A stretch of 64,000 bases of DNA from Pristiophorus japonicus (GCF_044704955.1 NC_091994.1:111228001-111292000); one strand, 5' to 3'. Shown: positions 11,215 to 23,895, counted from the stretch's first letter. Notes: generated by a model from the letters alone, not told the origin. Program-made: numbers and translations.

Positions 11215-12660
11215 TCAGAGTTGCAAAACCTCCCAGGGCCATTCCCAAGAGGAAGTGGACACTAAGTAGAAGCTTTGGAGGGGATTAGGGAAGATGACCA
11301 GAGGGCTGACTGATGAAGCAGGCTTTCTGAGCGGGCTTTTGAAAGTGGAGCGAGATGCGGCACAGCGAAGAACTACAGAACCAGCGGAACCTGTTCAACC
11401 TTCGTCGTCTCCGGGCCGTCCCAAGACCGTCCCAATCTCTGTCATTGAGCTACAGTACACGGACGACGCTTGCACCTGCGCACATTCAGAGACTGAACTC
11501 CAAGTCATAGTCAACATCTTCACTGAGGCATACGAAAGCATGGGCCTTACACTAAATATCCGTAAGACAAAGGTCCTCCACCAACCTGACCCCACCACAC
11601 AGCACTGCCCCCAATCACCAAGATCCACGGTGTGGCCCTGGACAACTTGGACCACTTTCCATACTTTGGGAGCCTATTATCAGAAAAGGCAGACATCGAC
11701 AACAAGGTTCAACACCACCTCCAGTGCGTCAGTGCAGCCTTTGGCCGCCTGAGCAAGAGAGTGTTTGAAGATCAGGCCCTCAAATCTGGCACCAAGCTCA
11801 TGGTCCACAGGGCTGTAATGGTACCTGCCCTCCTGTATGGCTCAGAGACGTGGACCATATACAATAGATACCTCAAATCACTGGAGAAATACCACCAACG
11901 ATGTCACCGCAAGATCCTGCAAATCCCCTGGGAGGACAGACGCACCAACGTTAGTGTCCTCGATCAGGCCAACATCCCCAGCATCAAAGCACTGACCACA
12001 CTCAACCGGCTCCGTTAGGCGGGCCACATTGTTCGCATGCCTGACACAAGACTCCCAAAGCAACTCGGAACTCCTACACGGCAAGCGAGCCCCAGGTGGG
12101 CAGAGGAAATGTTTCAAGGACACCCTCAAAGCCTCCTTGATAAAATGCAACATCCCCACCGACACCTGGGAGTCCCTGGCCAAAGACCGCCCGAAGTGGA
12201 GAAAGAGCATCCGGGAGGGTGCTGAGCACCTCGAGCCTATTCGCCGAGAGCATGCAGAAAGCAAGAGCAGGCAGCAGAAGGAGCGTGCGGCAAACCAGAC
12301 TCCCTACCCACCCTTTCCTTCAACCACTGTCTGTCCCACCTGTGACAGAGACTGTAATTCCCATATTGGACTGTATAGCACCTGAGAACTCACTTTCAGA
12401 GTGGAAGCAAGTCTTCCTCGATTTCGAGGGACTGCCTACGATGATGATGGGAAGGTAGTTCCAGAAATCTGCAGCGGGATAACTGAAAATTCCAGCACTA
12501 ATGTTGAACTGGAGGTAGTCCAGATTCAGAAGAGTGGAGGATATGAACTGCCGTATAAGGATGGAGAATGTTGCAGAAGCAGTGTAGGGCAATGCCTTTG
12601 AGGGATTTATAGACAAAGACAAGAATTTTGAAATCCACCTACATATAGAAATTCAATGGA
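11215..12660 (-). mobile_element. Old L2-like fragment (about 11215-11368 and 12450-12660) split by the RTE insertion
   Basis: Weak colinear similarity to the L2 3' regions at 29280-29885 on both sides of the RTE. Confidence 0.4.
11371..12449 (+). mobile_element. RTE-clade LINE, 5'-truncated and frameshifted
   Basis: ELQYTDDA (YADD-like), GLTLNIRKTKVL, F.Y.GS, LLYGSETW, C-terminal CPTC; (GAT)n tail. Confidence 0.92.
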
Positions 12661-12687
12661 CCGAGCTTCTTTCCATTCAATCTCATT

Positions 12688-13418
12688 GGCCCTGAAATCC
12701 CTGCCTCCCCGGATCCGTACGGAATGTGTACGAAGTTTGTACGGACCCGGGAAGGCATCGGAAATGTCGGTTTTCGGCGCGCAATGTGCATGCACTGAAA
12801 ACCGGCTTTTCCGATCCATCAAGTTTCTGGCTTGACAGATCCTCCGCAGATTGGGAGCAGGACATTTACAAGTGCAAATTTCCGATATTTACACATACAA
12901 ATGTCCTCAAAAATCTTGCGCCTGAAAAAGCAGGCACATAGCCTACTTTTACAGGCGCAAGTGTTTTAAAAAACACAAAAACATAAAAATAAAATTATTA
13001 AAACATATTTTATTAAAAACCCTCCCCAAAACGGTAAGTTTTTAAAAAAACTTTAAAAAAAAAATTGGGAAAATATATATTTTTTAAAAATATGAATAAC
13101 TTTAATTTAAAAGAATGTAGTGTATATTTTCTATCTTTTTTTATTAGTGTTTTGGGTGTTTGGGGCTGTTTCTCAATCAATGTAATAGGAGTTTAGGACC
13201 TTTCGGAACTCCTATTACTATGGTACTTTATCTGATTGGCTGCCCAGAGCCATGTGACTCCAGCTCTAGGCCTGCGCACATCCTGACGTGCACGCGCTGC
13301 AACTGGTGGTCAGGAGTGGCCTCAGCATCGGAAAGTCGAACATGGGCAGCAGCTTAAGGTAGGTGTATATTTTTTCTCTAAAATGCCTTTGGGAAGGCCA
13401 AAATGTAATTTCAGGGCC
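12688..13418. mobile_element. Non-autonomous DNA transposon (PIF/Harbinger-like MITE)
   Basis: 11-bp TIR GGCCCTGAAAT (12688-12698) / ATTTCAGGGCC (13408-13418); ATT on both sides (12685-12687 and 13419-13421); several internal hairpins. Confidence 0.75.
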
Positions 13419-16235
13419 ATTATATAAAATTCCAATAAACCAAAACACGAGCACTGTGCAGTAGTCCAATAAACCATCCCGGTTCTCATTCAATCCCAAT
13501 CACAAAGTCCAATGGGCCAACCAAACCTCTTTCCATTACTCTCTACGTACAGAATTCCAATGCACCAAACCATTTTCCATCTGTTCCCACTGTGTCAAAT
13601 TCCATGATTCAGGAATAACTAGATGGCCCTGATTTAAGCACAACCTTTTTCCCAATCTTTCACATTTGTGCTGCTCATCACTGTGACAATGCTCAGTCCA
13701 GCATTTCACTAATAGCCTCTTGTGAAACATTAATGTTGGATAGTAATGGGGCTTGAATTTACATTCCGTTTCATCCGGTCTGATTAATTGGGCCAGGGTA
13801 CAAATATTTCAATTTGGCCCCGATTCACTTTATTGTTTATAAATTGTCTGTAGAAATTCTGATCCAAGCACCGTTGTTTTTAGCAAATGAGTTATGTATT
13901 TATTGGGATTCAGCTGTACAAATGACGGTGTAAGTATAATGAACAGGTAGTGTCAATCATAAGTGTAGTGTGATGAGGGTATGTGGCATTTCGCCAGGGG
14001 GTATATCCATGTGTACAGCACTCTCAGGCTTTCCTCTACACAAATGAATAAATGGGTGCAGCACGGGTCACTTTTAATGAAATTACAGCAATTATGTAAA
14101 TCTACTATCCAAATACAGACTAAATATTACTGGAACATCTGGGTGGGAAATCAGCTCTGTGCAGTTCATTCCATGTTGCTGGCAAGTATTTATTTCATCG
14201 ACAACAAATTGAAACAAAAAAATAAACTATCAATTGTTACATTAATTCTACGTTAATTGAAAACATTTGGCCGGGAATTCCTTGTGCTATGAAGACCTAA
14301 TTCAGAGTTTGCTCTAGCCGTACTCACAGGGATGGGCAAGAAATGCTGGCCGTGCCAGCCCGTCACGGATTTTTAAAAAGTCACACTTCCGTACAGTCCC
14401 ATTCTGCTCAGTCGTATCCAGCATTGTCCTGGTAAGTCCAACAAAGAACGTTTACAGCATTCCTCCGTGGTATGAGTATTAGAATGCGATGAAGCAAAGA
14501 ATGTGGGAAGACAGTGAGAACCCCTTCACCACCACCAACACCCGGCCCCAATATTAACCAGGCCCATATTCCATTCATTCTACAGACACTGTGGGACTCC
14601 AGTTTCAAGCCAGTTCTGGAACAGAGCACAATATTTCACTTGTGGCGGAGGTGAATATGAAATATTGCCTTTGCTTAGTGTTAAAACATCAGTAATCCTC
14701 TGTGACTAATGACACGTTGTAGAACAGATAGCATAGATCTTTCTTAAAGGAACAATTTTGGTTGAACACACGGCAATATAACTGCGTGAATCAGAATCCT
14801 CAGCAAGTGAATAAAATCTAGTGACAAATAAATTATTCACTTAACAGGAATTGACCAGGCCAGCGAACAAGTAGAAGAACTGTTATTGGGCCCTGACAGC
14901 TTTACAGTCCTTCAGGCAATTTGGGAATGCTCTGAATGGTTACAAATGAAAGTGTGAGTGACATTAATTAAGCCAGGCAATTTAAGCTACAGTATAAACA
15001 CAGAGCAGAACTCCCTTTGAACATGTATGGTGTACTAGGGACAAAAGAGGTGACAATACTGCCAGTAGACTCCAATGCTGAATGGTATAAGATTAGGCCC
15101 TGGCTTTGAGAAGGACAAGTGGCCCATTAACCCCTTGCCACTAAGCCCTCTTGTCAGGTCTTAAGGACAGGACAGCTGTATTCTAAACATTCTAAACCAA
15201 ACACTCTAGGTGGAAACAATGAGTGTTTTACAGGAGAAAGCTCATCCTGAGTTTTTTTTTTGGTTTCGACATGTTTTGACAACCGTACCCTCATTGACAG
15301 AATCCCTCTTTATTGGCCTACCATAATGGTAATTTGAAACTGTCAAACAAAATTAAAGCGATATGACACTTGTTTAAAAACATTCAAGGAATTATAATTG
15401 TAACGAAGCTTTATACGGTCTCTTTTACAAATACAAGCGGATTGCTACAAACTCCTGTTTTGAAGGCCTGTAATTAAGGATAGTGGTGGTTTTATTTGGT
15501 ATACAGCTGTCATAATATTTCATTAAATATATCCTGAACAGCCCTATGACAAGGTTAAGGTGAGTAAAACACTGTTTTCTGCATGTGTTTTCTGATAGTC
15601 TTCAATCACATTATCAAAGGACAGCGAACTTCTTTAGCCTTGTGAGGATTAAAATGGCTTTCTTTAAACTGAGTGGAAACTAAAAATCTGCGCTGAAGTT
15701 TGCTTTCATTTCAATGCACCGTCGTAATAGGCCTATTATGTAAGGTATGCACTTAGGAAAGAGATGCATTAAGAGATGCACAGTTGGCAAGCTGCTGCCT
15801 AAAGTTTACTCCACGACTGTGGAGAAACGACTCAGGACTCAGGAGCGCCTCTGGGCTGATCATCGAGCAAAAAAATACAAGCGTCTATAAAATATAATCT
15901 GAAGAGGAAAAATGTTCTTACTTTATTACTTATAAAAGTTTTGTTTTCACCTGTGCTGCTTCACACATAAAGGGCGCGTTAATATTTCGTCAGGCTTTAT
16001 GCAAAGTAGCTTTCAGTGCTCACCAGAAGATTTTGACAGCCATTTTGAAAATCCCATTAGCGGGGATTAAAGTTAGAAATTATGGTCAGGTACAGATATA
16101 TATATTACAAACTTGTCACACAGCTAGTTTCAGCTTCTACCGCTCTGAATTTTTTTTTGGCATTCTTTTATTGCAAGAATGCGGATAAATTGTTTCGATG
16201 TCGGTAACCAGACTTCATGCTAACCGCATTTTACA

Positions 16236-16464
16236 GTGAAAGAGACTTGCATTTCTATAGCGCCTTCCACGACCACCGTAGGTCCCAACGTGCTTTACAG
16301 CCAATGACGCACTTTTTGGAGTGTAGTCACTGTTGCAATGTGGGAAACGTGGCAGCCAATTTACGCACAGCAAGCTCCCACAAACAGCAATGCGATAATG
16401 ACCAGATAATCTGCTTTTTTAGTGATGCTGGTTGAGGGATAAATATTGGCCAGGACACCAGGGA
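16236..16464 (-). mobile_element. Deu-domain SINE, 3' half
   Basis: Reverse complement of 21940-22160. Confidence 0.88.
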
Positions 16465-16664
16465 GCTGTGAAGGCTGGGTCACTGAATAGATTTAAGGTG
16501 GAGATAGATAGATTTTTGAGCGATATGGGAGTAAAGGGTTATAGGGAGAGGGCAGGGAAGTGGAGCTGAGTCCATAATCAGATCAGCCATGATCTTATTG
16601 AATGGCAGAGCAGGCTCGAGGGTCCAAATGGCCAACTTCTGCTCCTATTTCTTATGTTCTTATG
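16465..16664 (+). mobile_element. CR1-A 3' end
   Basis: ORF2 end, 3' UTR and ttcttatgttcttatg tail. Confidence 0.88.
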
Positions 16665-17251
16665 ATAACAATGACCCATTCACTACTTTGCTTCAGTTCA
16701 TTCCTGAAGTGAAAATTAAAAAATATATTTACACTTAATAATGCCTTGAGTAACTGCAATTAAAATAAACTTGGATGAGCCTGTGACAATTTATTAATAT
16801 AAATGATTATTTTCAGAGCACTGATGGAGCCAGTCCTGGAGATTGACTGAAGTCGGAAATTAGTCGCAGTCCCCACACCTGAATAAATTATGCAAATAAG
16901 AACCGATGAATAACAAAAATGTATTCCACTCTCGGTACCCTCGGCATTAATAAATATACATTGTAGTATACAGACTAATGCATTTAGGGCAGAAATGATG
17001 TTTTATACATACAACAATAGGGCAGTTCAGGACAGCATTGGATGGACTATCATGGCCAACTTCCCAATAAAAGTAACATGCTACATCACCACACAAAGCA
17101 GGAAGACTGCAGGTTGGATTTCTGATCCTATAATGTCCTTACTGCTCCTGACAAAGGGCAAGGGTGGGGAGGATCGGCCAGGCATCCTGCAGCTGACTGC
17201 TATCCGGTTTCGCCCGGCGGGAAAGCAGGGCGTGGGGGAACATTAGGTGAG

Positions 17252-17613
17252 GACAGGGTTAGACAGGGTAGATGCAAGGAGGATGTTTCCCCTGACTGGG
17301 GAGTCTAGAACCAGGGGTCACAGTCACAGGATAAGGGGTCGGCCACTTAGGACTGAGATGAGGAAGAATTTCTTCACTCAGAGGGTGGTGAATCTTTGGA
17401 ATTCTCTATCCCAGAGGGCTGTGAATGCTCAGTCGTTGAGTATATTCAAGGCAGAGATCGACAGGTTCTTGAATATTAAGGGAATCAAAGGATTATGGAG
17501 ACAGTGCAGGAAAATGGAGTTGAGGTTGAAGATCAGCCATGATCTCATTGAATGGCAGAGCAGAGGCTGAATGACCTACTCCCACTACTATTTCTTATGT
17601 TCTATGTTCTATG
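17252..17613 (+). mobile_element. CR1 3' fragment
   Basis: ORF 17247..17570 reads RTRGH..RKNFFTQRVVNLWNSL; ttctatgttctatg tail. Confidence 0.88.
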
Positions 17614-17784
17614 CTCAGCCTGATGCCACCACAGTTCAATAGCCTGTTCACACTCACTGCCGAGGCTCAAGCATGAAGTGCGCCCACGTGGCCAGGGACT
17701 GCCAGCACGAGCACTGCCTTCAAAAGAGGAGAACATTGGCACAAAAAGAGTAACAAAATCCAGCCCTGTCTGTTGGGATGTTGT

Positions 17785-18011
17785 AACTGGTAATTGGGGG
17801 GAGGTTTAGAGGGGAGCTGAGGAGAACTTTCTTCACCCAGAGGGTGGTGGGGGTCTGGAACTCCCTGCCTGAAAGGGTGGTAGAGGCAGAAACCCTCACC
17901 ACATTTAAAAAGTACCTGGATGTGCACCTGAAGTGCCGTAACCTACAGGGCTACGGACTAAGAGCTGGAAAGTGGGATTAGGCTGGATAGCTTTTTGTTG
18001 GCTGGCGTGGA
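17785..18011 (+). mobile_element. CR1-C 3' fragment, cut at ggcgtGGA
   Basis: Encodes RFRGELRRTFFTQRVVGVWNSLP; the UTR stops abruptly where the next CR1 starts. Confidence 0.85.
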
Positions 18012-21000
18012 GATGTACAAACCGGACGGGTTGCGCCTCAACAGCGCCGGGACCAATATCCTCACGGGTAGTTTTGCTAGTGCTGTTGGGGAGAGTTTAA
18101 ACTAGCTTGGCAGGGGGATGGGAACCTGAGAACGAATTCAAAAGGGAAGGAAGTAAAGCAGAAATTGGATAGCAAGAATCTAGAAAGTGAATCTGTAAGA
18201 GAGGAAACAGGGCTTAGTATGTAGTAAGCAAGGAGGTCTTCCTGTGCTGATTGGTATATACTTTAATGCAAGGAGTATAGCGAATAAGGCGGATGAGCTA
18301 AGAGCACAGGTAAACACTTGGGAGTATGACGACATTATAGCCATTACGGAAACATGGCTGAAAGAGGGGCAGGTTTGGCAGATCAATATTCCTGGCTACA
18401 GGATTCTTAGACAAGATAGAGAGGGGGGTAAAAAGGGGGGGGTGGGGGTTTGCAGTACTGATTAAAGAAAATATTACAGCGATGAGGAGGGAAGATATGT
18501 TAGAGGGATCACCAAATGAGGCCATATGGGTCGAATTGAAAAATAAAAAAGGGGCGATCACACTGCTGGGCGTGTATTATAGACCCCCAAACAGTGGCAG
18601 GGAGATAGAAGAGCAAATATGTAGGCAAATTGCTGTGAAGTCCAAAAACCATAGGGTAGTAATAGTCGGGGATTTTAACTATCCAAATATTGATTGGGAC
18701 AAATTTAGTGTGAAGGGTATAGAGGGTGCGGAATTCTTGAAATGCATTCAAGAGAACTTTTATAGTCAGTATGTAGCAAGCCCAACACGAGAGGGGGCAG
18801 TCTTGGATTTAGTTTTGGGGAATGAAGCTGGGCAGGTTGAAGGGGTATTAGTGGGAGAGCACTTGGGTGCCAGTGACCATAATTCAGTCAGATTCAAGTT
18901 GGTTATGGATAAAGACAAGAATAGGCCTGGAATAAAAGTTCCGAATTGGGGAAAAGCTAATTTTGCTAAGTTAAGGAGTGATTTGGCCACAGTGGACTGG
19001 AAACAGCTACTTGTGGGTAAATCAGTGTCGGAACAGTGGGAGGCATTTAAGCAGGAGATCCGGAAGGCTCAGGCCAAACATATGCCCTTAAAGAAAAAGG
19101 CTGGGAAAAATCATTCTAGAGCCCCCTGGATGTCTAGGGACTTACAGGGGAGGATTAAGAAAAAAAGAGACGCTTATGTCATATACCAACGGCTAAATAC
19201 TATAGAATCTTTAGAGGAATATAGAAAGTTAAGAGGCAAAATTAAAAAGGATATTAGGAATGCTAAGCGAGAGCACGAGAAATTCTTGGCTAGTAAAATT
19301 AAAGAAAACCCTAAGATGTTCTATAAATATATTAAGAGTAAGAGGGTAACTAAAGAAAGGGTAGGGCCTATTAGAGACCATGAGGGTAATCTTTGTGTGG
19401 AGGCGGAAGATGTTGGGAGGGTTCTTAACAAATACTTTGCATCTGTCTTCACAAAAGAAAGGGGCAAAGCAGATACTGCTATCGAGGAGGAGTGTGATAT
19501 TCTGGATGAAATAAATATAGTGAGGGAGGAAGTATTAAGGGGTTTAGCAGCTTTGAAAGTAGATAAGTCTCCATGCCTGGATGAAATGCATCCCAGGCTG
19601 TTGAGCGAAGTAAAAGAGGAAATAGCAGAGGCCTTGACCATCATTTTCTTGTCCTCTTTGGATCTGGGCATGGTGCCAGAGGATTGGAGGACTGCTAATG
19701 TCGTGCCCTTATTTAAGAAGGGAGAAAGGGATAAGCCGAGTAATTATAGGCCTGTCAGCCTAACATCAGTGGTGGGAAAATTATTGGAAAAAATCCTGAA
19801 AGACAGGATAAATCTGCATTTGGAAAGGCAAGGATTAATTAGGAAATGTCAGCACGGATTTGTTAAGGAAAGATCGTGTCTGACTAACCTGACTGAATTT
19901 TTTGAGGAGGTAACCAAGAGGGTCGATGAGGGTAGTGCGTATGATATAGTATATATGGACTTTAGCAAAGCTTTTGATAAGGTCCCACATGGTAGACTGG
20001 TCATGAAGGTTAAAGCACATGGGATACAGGACAAAGTGTCAAGTAGGATCCAAAATTGGTTTGGAGGTAGGATGGATGTTTTCAGTGGGGTTCCACAGGG
20101 CCCAGTACTGGGACCCTTGCTTTTTGTGGTATATATTAACGATTTAGATTTAAATATAGGGAGTATGATTAAGAAGTTTGCAGACGACACTAAAATTGGC
20201 TGTGTGGTTGATATTGAAGAGGAAAGTCATGGGCTGTAGGAGGATATCAATCTACTGGTCAGGTGGGCAGAGCAGTGGCAAATGGAATTTAATTCAGAGA
20301 AGTGTGAGGTGATGCACTTTGGGAGGGCTAATAAGGAAAGGGTATATACATTAGGCGGTAGGCCAGTTAATAGTGTAGATGAACAAAGGGACCTTGGAGT
20401 GCTTGTCCACAGATCCCTGAAAGTAACAGGCTAGGTGGATAAGGTGGTTAAGAAGGCATACGAAATGCTTGCCTTTCATTGGCTGAGGCATAGAATATAA
20501 GAGCAGGGAGGTTATGCTTAAACTGTGTGGTTAGGCCACAGCTGGAGTATTGCGTGCAGTTCTGGTCGTCGTATTATAGGAAGGACGTGACTACACTTGA
20601 GAGGGTACAGAGGAGATTTACTAGAATGCTGCCTGGAATGGAGAATCTTAGTTATGAGGATAGAGTGGATAGGCTGGGTTTGTTCACATTGGAACAGATG
20701 AGGTTGAGAGGAGACTTCATTGAGGTGTGCAAAATATTGAGGGGCCTGGACATAATGGATAGTAAGGGTCTATTTCCATTGGTGGAGGGGTCTATTACGA
20801 GGGGGCATAGTTTTAAGGTTGTTGGTGGAAGGTTTAGAGGGGATTTGAGGGGGTGCTTCTTTATGCAGACGGTTGTGGGGATCTGGAACTTACTGCCTGG
20901 AAGAGTGGTAGATGCAGAAACCATCACCACTTTTAAGAGATGGTTGGATGGGCACTTAAAGTGCAGTAACCTGCAGGGTTACGGACCTAGAGCTGGTAAT

Positions 21001-21423
21001 TGGGATTAGACTGGATGACCTTTTGTTGGACGGAGCAGATATAATGATAAGTACTGCAGGGAATAGAATACGGCCAGGGTGATCTCCTGGACTAGTTTCG
21101 ATCGCCTGGATGGGTCGGTGAGAAATTTTCCCAGATTTTATCTCCGTAAATTGGCCTGGGTTTTTATCTGGTTTTTGCCTCTCCCAGGAGATCACATGGC
21201 TCCAGTTGGGGTGGAGTGTAGAATGTTTCAGTATAAGGGGTGTTGCAGTGGTGTGAGGCGGACTGATTGGGCTGGGCGCTCTTTGCCTTTCCGTCATTGT
21301 TCATAGGTTTATATGTAACCTTTAGGGCTGCTGACCAAGGGCCGTGTGGCTCTTTGTCGGCCGGCGTGGACACGATGGGCCGGAATGGCCTCCTTCTGTG
21401 CCGTAAATTTCTATGATTCTATA
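18012..21423 (+). mobile_element. CR1-C LINE with ORF1 end, disrupted ORF2 and long 3' UTR
   Basis: YKPDGL..VGESLN* at 18012-18105; ORF2 pieces 18244-18465, 18482-20239 (GDFN, SDH, FADD) and 20527-21009; tail tttctatgattctat. Confidence 0.93.
18096..18102 (+). promoter_or_regulatory. Candidate -1 frameshift heptamer T TTA AAC at the CR1-C ORF1/ORF2 junction
   Basis: ORF1 reads AGT TTA AAC TAG; the -1 frame TTT AAA CTA GCT TGG CAG GGG GAT GGG AAC is open. Confidence 0.5.
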
Positions 21424-21696
21424 ACATCAAATGGTTGATATTTCGTGAAATGGGCTTGGGATGTCCTGAGAGCGTGAACTCTTTTGCTCAGAGAGACCAT
21501 CAAGATGTCCGATGTGAGGAATGGAAATATCACAGTGGGGCATGCTGCTGTTGACTGGAGTTTTACTTTGCGTTTGGTTCTTCTTATACCTATAGCACTT
21601 GATGCTGAAGGTTAGCATCCAACAGGATATCCCTCACGATGTTCAGCACAAAAATGCACCAAAAATATAAAGCAGAAAGAAGCATCTTTACAGCGC

Positions 21697-22170
21697 CAGC
21701 CATGGCTCAGTGGGCAGCACTCTCGCCTCTGGGTCAGAAGGTTGTGGGTTCAAGACCCACTTCAGTGACTTAAGCACAAAAATCTAGGCTGACACTCCCA
21801 GTGCAGTGCTGAGGGAGCGCTGCACTGTCGGAGGTGCCGTCTTTTGGATGAGACATTAAACCGAGGCCCCGTCCGCTCTCTCAGGTGGACGTAAAAGATC
21901 CCATGGCACTATTTCGAAGAAGAACAGGGGAGTTATCCCCGCTGTCCTGGGCCAATATTTATCCCTCAATCAACATATTAAAAAAAAACGATTATCTGGT
22001 CATTATCACATTGCTGTTTGTAGGAGCTTGTTGTGCACAAGTTGGCTGCCGCATTTCCCACATTACAACAGTGACTACACTCCAAAGGTACTTCATTGGC
22101 TGTAAAGCACTTTGAGACGTCCGGTGGTCGTGAAAAGGCGCTATATAAATGCAAGTATTTCTTTTTCTTT
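21697..22170 (+). mobile_element. Full-length tRNA-derived Deu-domain SINE (SacSINE1/AmnSINE1-like)
   Basis: A-box TGGCTCAGTGG, B-box GGTTCAAGACCC, Deu-like core ggatgagacattaaaccgaggcccc..aaagatcccatggcactatttcgaagaag, L2-like tail ggcgctatataaatgcaag. Confidence 0.88.
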
Positions 22171-22545
22171 ATCTATGGAAGTTATGAGGAGAGGATCTGG
22201 GTTCTTTTGATGAAGATATGTGCATAGATCCTCACTTAAGACTGGATGTGTTGTAAATGGGATCAACGGTAGGAAAGGAAAGAACCGATTCTCATTGCAA
22301 GATGGTAAACTGTGCAACATTTTAAACATGCAAAGAAATTCTACATTAGAAGAATTATTAGGATAGATGCAAAGTGACATCCCATAGAAGTTCAGTTAAA
22401 CTAATGCCTGCTGTCCATTCAGGGCATTCCGACAATATCTGCTCTCCTAGTGCAACATTAGGAGTAAGTCATTCAGCCCAGCAAGCGTGCTGCATCATTC
22501 AGTTAGATCGTGGCTGATCTGCACCTCAACTAATAGGTTCAAGAC

Positions 22546-22819
22546 TGTCATGTACGCACCTCTGAGCATGCTCACAGGTTTGTAGAGCTGTTGCACTGTG
22601 AGTGGCTTAGCCAGTCACATGATGCTCACAAGCCTCAATAAAACACCGGCCAGTTGGATCTAGGTCATCCACGATGAGGTATGCAGTTGTGAGCCTGGTG
22701 GATGAACTGGTAATGTGTAGTGTGATTGTTAAACCTTTGTTAATAAACCAATTGGTTCTTAATAGCAATGTGTTGCTATGAATCTTTAAGCAAAGAACCC
22801 ACGAAGCAAATACATTGCA
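22546..22819 (+). mobile_element. Solo LTR (copy 1)
   Basis: TGTCATGTA...TACATTGCA termini, internal AATAAA, 5-bp TSD AAGAC (22541-22545 and 22820-22824). Confidence 0.85.
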
Positions 22820-23895
22820 AAGACGGATTAGAACCAGGATAGGAAGGGATAGTTTACCTATACCAGCTCTCGATCTGGATCTGTTTGCAGCCTTGCTCCA
22901 TCTTGCGGCCCCTTTAAACATTATTTCAAGATTTGCCACAATGGTGTTAATGGGAATACCGGCTGTACTGCCCTCCACTGTGACCATTCCTATTCCTCTT
23001 TGGTTGGAGATGGGTTTCTTAAAGCCTTTGTTACGTTTTTTTTGAAGGACTCAGACAAGAGATGTCACAAAGAAACCCACTGCAGAAAATGGGCTGACCC
23101 AGCCCAAAGCAGCTGATTCCAATTAAAATGATACAAATAATATTCAATCTGACCAGATGTGATATATTCCCTGCCCTCAATATTATTCTCAGTGCAGAAT
23201 TCAAACTCCTAATTCTTATAATTCTGTAATGCAGAGGAAAGCTATTAAGTGCCCAATGTCTTGGCAAAGCAGTTTTATGTATTTAAAAAATACTGCTCAT
23301 ATTATGCAAAGTTAAGACCAATCATTGTTTCCATTTGTATATTACAGCAGGCTATTGACTAATTCTCTGCCATTAATAATTTTCCTCCGTACTGTGCTTA
23401 CGACGCGAATGCAGCTTCAACAAATAATCTATTGGGTCGACGGTGATCTGTGAAGTCTTACCTGGTCTTCACTAGTTGTACCCAAGCCTCATACAGCTCT
23501 TACGTTAGAGGAGGTTGTTCTGCACTAACCAATGCTGGTGTCCATGTTACATCCACGACAGACTACAAACAGATAAATATTTCTTCATCTGTGGGGGAAA
23601 ATGTTTTGTAAAATTACTATTCGATTGTGGCATTTTGAAGTTCCACTCAATGGGTCAAATGACTGAACACGGAGGATGTCCAACTGATTTCAATGTCTGG
23701 GGGTGGGATTGCCCGATCAGAACCTCATGGGTCAGAATGTTCCTGTCCGTATTGAGTGGGCTGCAGCTATTTACGGACACCACCAGTCATTGGCCGAGGC
23801 ACCAGCCACAGTGGGGTGCTTCGGGGAGAGGGGGCGGGAGGGGAGAGGGAGACACTTCTGATAAATTTTGGAAAATCTGAAAGAATATTTAAAGG

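Noticed and set aside
9827-11248. 473-aa ORF as a real double-RT gene
   Set aside because: Fully explained by a nested insertion; its start lies in flanking DNA outside the element.
21427-21618. 63-aa minus-strand ORF in unique sequence as an exon
   Set aside because: No recognisable domain and weak splice context.
21697-21775. tRNA genes at SINE heads (also 23896, 43143, 59488, 63886)
   Set aside because: They have A/B boxes but no proper cloverleaf and, where visible, continue into SINE bodies.
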